Shown here: piece by piece, positions 22,361 through 24,000 of the stretch | Layout: the number at the start of each line of letters is the position of its first letter | Numbering within the stretch: the first letter of the stretch is position 1 | Origin: Infirmifilum uzonense | GTDB taxonomy: Archaea; Thermoproteota; Thermoprotei; Thermofilales; Thermofilaceae | DNA: 24,000 bases | Reading direction: 5' to 3' | Assembly: GCF_000993805.1 (NCBI RefSeq) | Contig: NZ_CP009961.1 | Coordinates: 528,714-552,713 of the forward strand | Made by a program: the position numbers and the translations under genes | The notes under the pieces: generated by a model | Told to the model about the DNA's origin: nothing | What the model saw: only the letters and a program-made list of their open reading frames with translations | Databases searched by the model: none

Positions 22361-24000
22361 ATAGTTATTCCTGCCTTTCTGATACCAACCATACACGGTG
22401 ACACAAAGCTTTACAGATTCAAGCACCTTTCAATTCATTCCTTTCTGATACATAAGGGATATAGACTAGGAAACCATATTTTCTTTGTGAACTTTCAATT
22501 CATTCCTTTCTGATACCCGTGTAGTCGCGATTGTTGAACTCGCTCTTATCCTCCTCTTTCAATTCATTCCTTTCTGATACGTTCAGTCTGGCAAAATTTT
22601 CTGTTTTCACGACCTCGGCTTTCAATTCATTCCTTTCTGATACACAACTGTCGAACTATATAGACGCCCCGGAAAACTATATCTTTCAATTCATTCCTTT
22701 CTGATACGTGCTACATCAGGTGCTTCAATCCGCTACTACGTGGAAACCTTTCAATTCATTCCTTTCTGATACACGCTACCATTATTATGACGGCTACGCT
22801 TATAATGACTTTCAATTCATTCCTTTCTGATACCTCCGACAACGTGTTGTCGGGAACAGTGCCGGGCGGACCTTTCAATTCATTCCTTTCTGATACTATA
22901 CAAACGGCTCGACGCTGCAATCTATTTGTTTGATACCTTTCAATTCATTCCTTTCTGATACGGGGGCCTTCGTGTTGTTGTTGATGCGTATCGGTTGAAC
23001 TTTCAATTCATTCCTTTCTGATACGGTTCTATGCTCCATTCGCTACTCCGATCCCGAGCTTTCAATTCATTCCTTTCTGATACTACTTCTCCCTCCACTC
23101 GATGTCAAGCCCCTTATTCTTCCTCTTTCAATTCATTCCTTTCTGATACAAGAGCAACCGAAAAGAGTACGAATTTTGGACAAAGGACTTTCAATTCATT
23201 CCTTTCTGATACAAGCTCCTTACCGGATCCTCCCTAGGATACGAGAAAACGCTTTCAATTCATTCCTTTCTGATACCTAAAGCCTCAAGCCCGTTGACGA
23301 CCTCTTCACCGCCGACTTTCAATTCATTCCTTTCTGATACTAGACTTTTCATACAATTCTAACATGCACATGTCACCGCCTTTCAATTCATTCCTTTCTG
23401 ATACACTAAGAAACCCATCCGGGTCTTTAATGCCATGAACTCTCTTTCAATTCATTCCTTTCTGATACACGCCACCTGTGGGGAGCTGTGGCTGCCGCGA
23501 CCGTGGGCTTTCAATTCATTCCTTTCTGATACACTTAACGCTTAAACTGTTGTTGAAAACTCGATAGAATAACTTTCAATTCATTCCTTTCTGATACCTT
23601 ACCCTTAATCGTAGGTAAGTTTGGAAAACCCATATCCTTTCAATTCATTCCTTTCTGATACTTTAACGCTATATAGTCTTCTAGAGAACATACATAGCTC
23701 ATGCTTTCAATTCATTCCTTTCTGATACGAGGTCGTAGCTCCACTGAATGTTCCCCAATGTATCTTTTCTTTCAATTCATTCCTTTCTGATACATGACAG
23801 ATCTGTAGCCTCCACCCCCCCACGTCTCACTTTCAATTCATTCCTTTCTGATACGATATATGCAAAAATGTATATAGTATACAAAAAACTTTCAATTCAT
23901 TCTTTTCTGATACTTTAACAGGGGCAAAGCCACTGCCCCGCGAACAAATAGACTTTCAATTCATTCCTTTCTGATACAACGGCTATGAAATTGCAATAAC
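22361..24000 (-). CRISPR. CRISPR array of at least 25 repeats (CTTTCAATTCATTCCTTTCTGATAC on the + strand), truncated by the window edge
   Basis: There are 25 complete 25-nt repeats, the first at 22427-22451 and the last at 23953-23977. The 24 unique spacers are 34-42 nt long. One variant repeat is at 23889-23913 (C>T at 23903). A degenerate copy at 22361-22385 conserves only about the last 18 nt. The strand is inferred from the minus-strand reading GTATCAGAAAGGAATGAATTGAAAG, which ends in ATTGAAAG. Confidence 0.95.

Noticed and set aside
23031-23237. A 68-aa ORF inside the CRISPR array with a recurring FNSFLSDT peptide
   Set aside because: The periodic peptide is simply the CRISPR repeat translated in frame. 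It is an ORF-caller artefact, not a gene.

Overview
The window reads as an archaeal (crenarchaeal / Thermoproteota-style) defence island. All family calls come from motif reading by eye, with no database search.

Layout:
- 1-2640: a partial hypothetical gene, a small wHTH/4-Cys protein and a very GC-rich APC-type permease. Composition then drops sharply to about 35-45% GC.
- 3308-5808: a translationally coupled pair, a wHTH-like protein plus a P-loop NTPase with a PD-(D/E)xK-like C-terminal region.
- 5852-6017: a three-repeat mini CRISPR array of a second repeat family. One copy is inverted.
- 6023-6789: a CARF (APE2256-like) gene split by a homopolymer frameshift.
- 7401-8433: a decayed ABC/AAA_21-type ATPase with an in-frame TAG and a frameshift.
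- 8811-17455 (minus strand): a tightly packed type III effector operon. The order is cas10 (no HD domain, AGDD palm motif), cas7, cas5-like, cas11, then three more cas7 genes. This best fits subtype III-D. The operon ends in two uncharacterised genes, of 111-128 aa and 589 aa. The larger is AT-rich with a central hydrophobic block. I consider this pair the best candidate for something undescribed.
- 17606-19012: csx1 (DxTHG CARF plus RxxxAH HEPN), divergent from cas10.
- 19324-22241: a radical-SAM gene remnant, a secreted HExxH protein with B-repeat-like modules, and vapBC.
- 22361-24000: a CRISPR array with at least 25 repeats that runs off the right edge.

No cas6, cas1, cas2 or cas4 is visible in the window.
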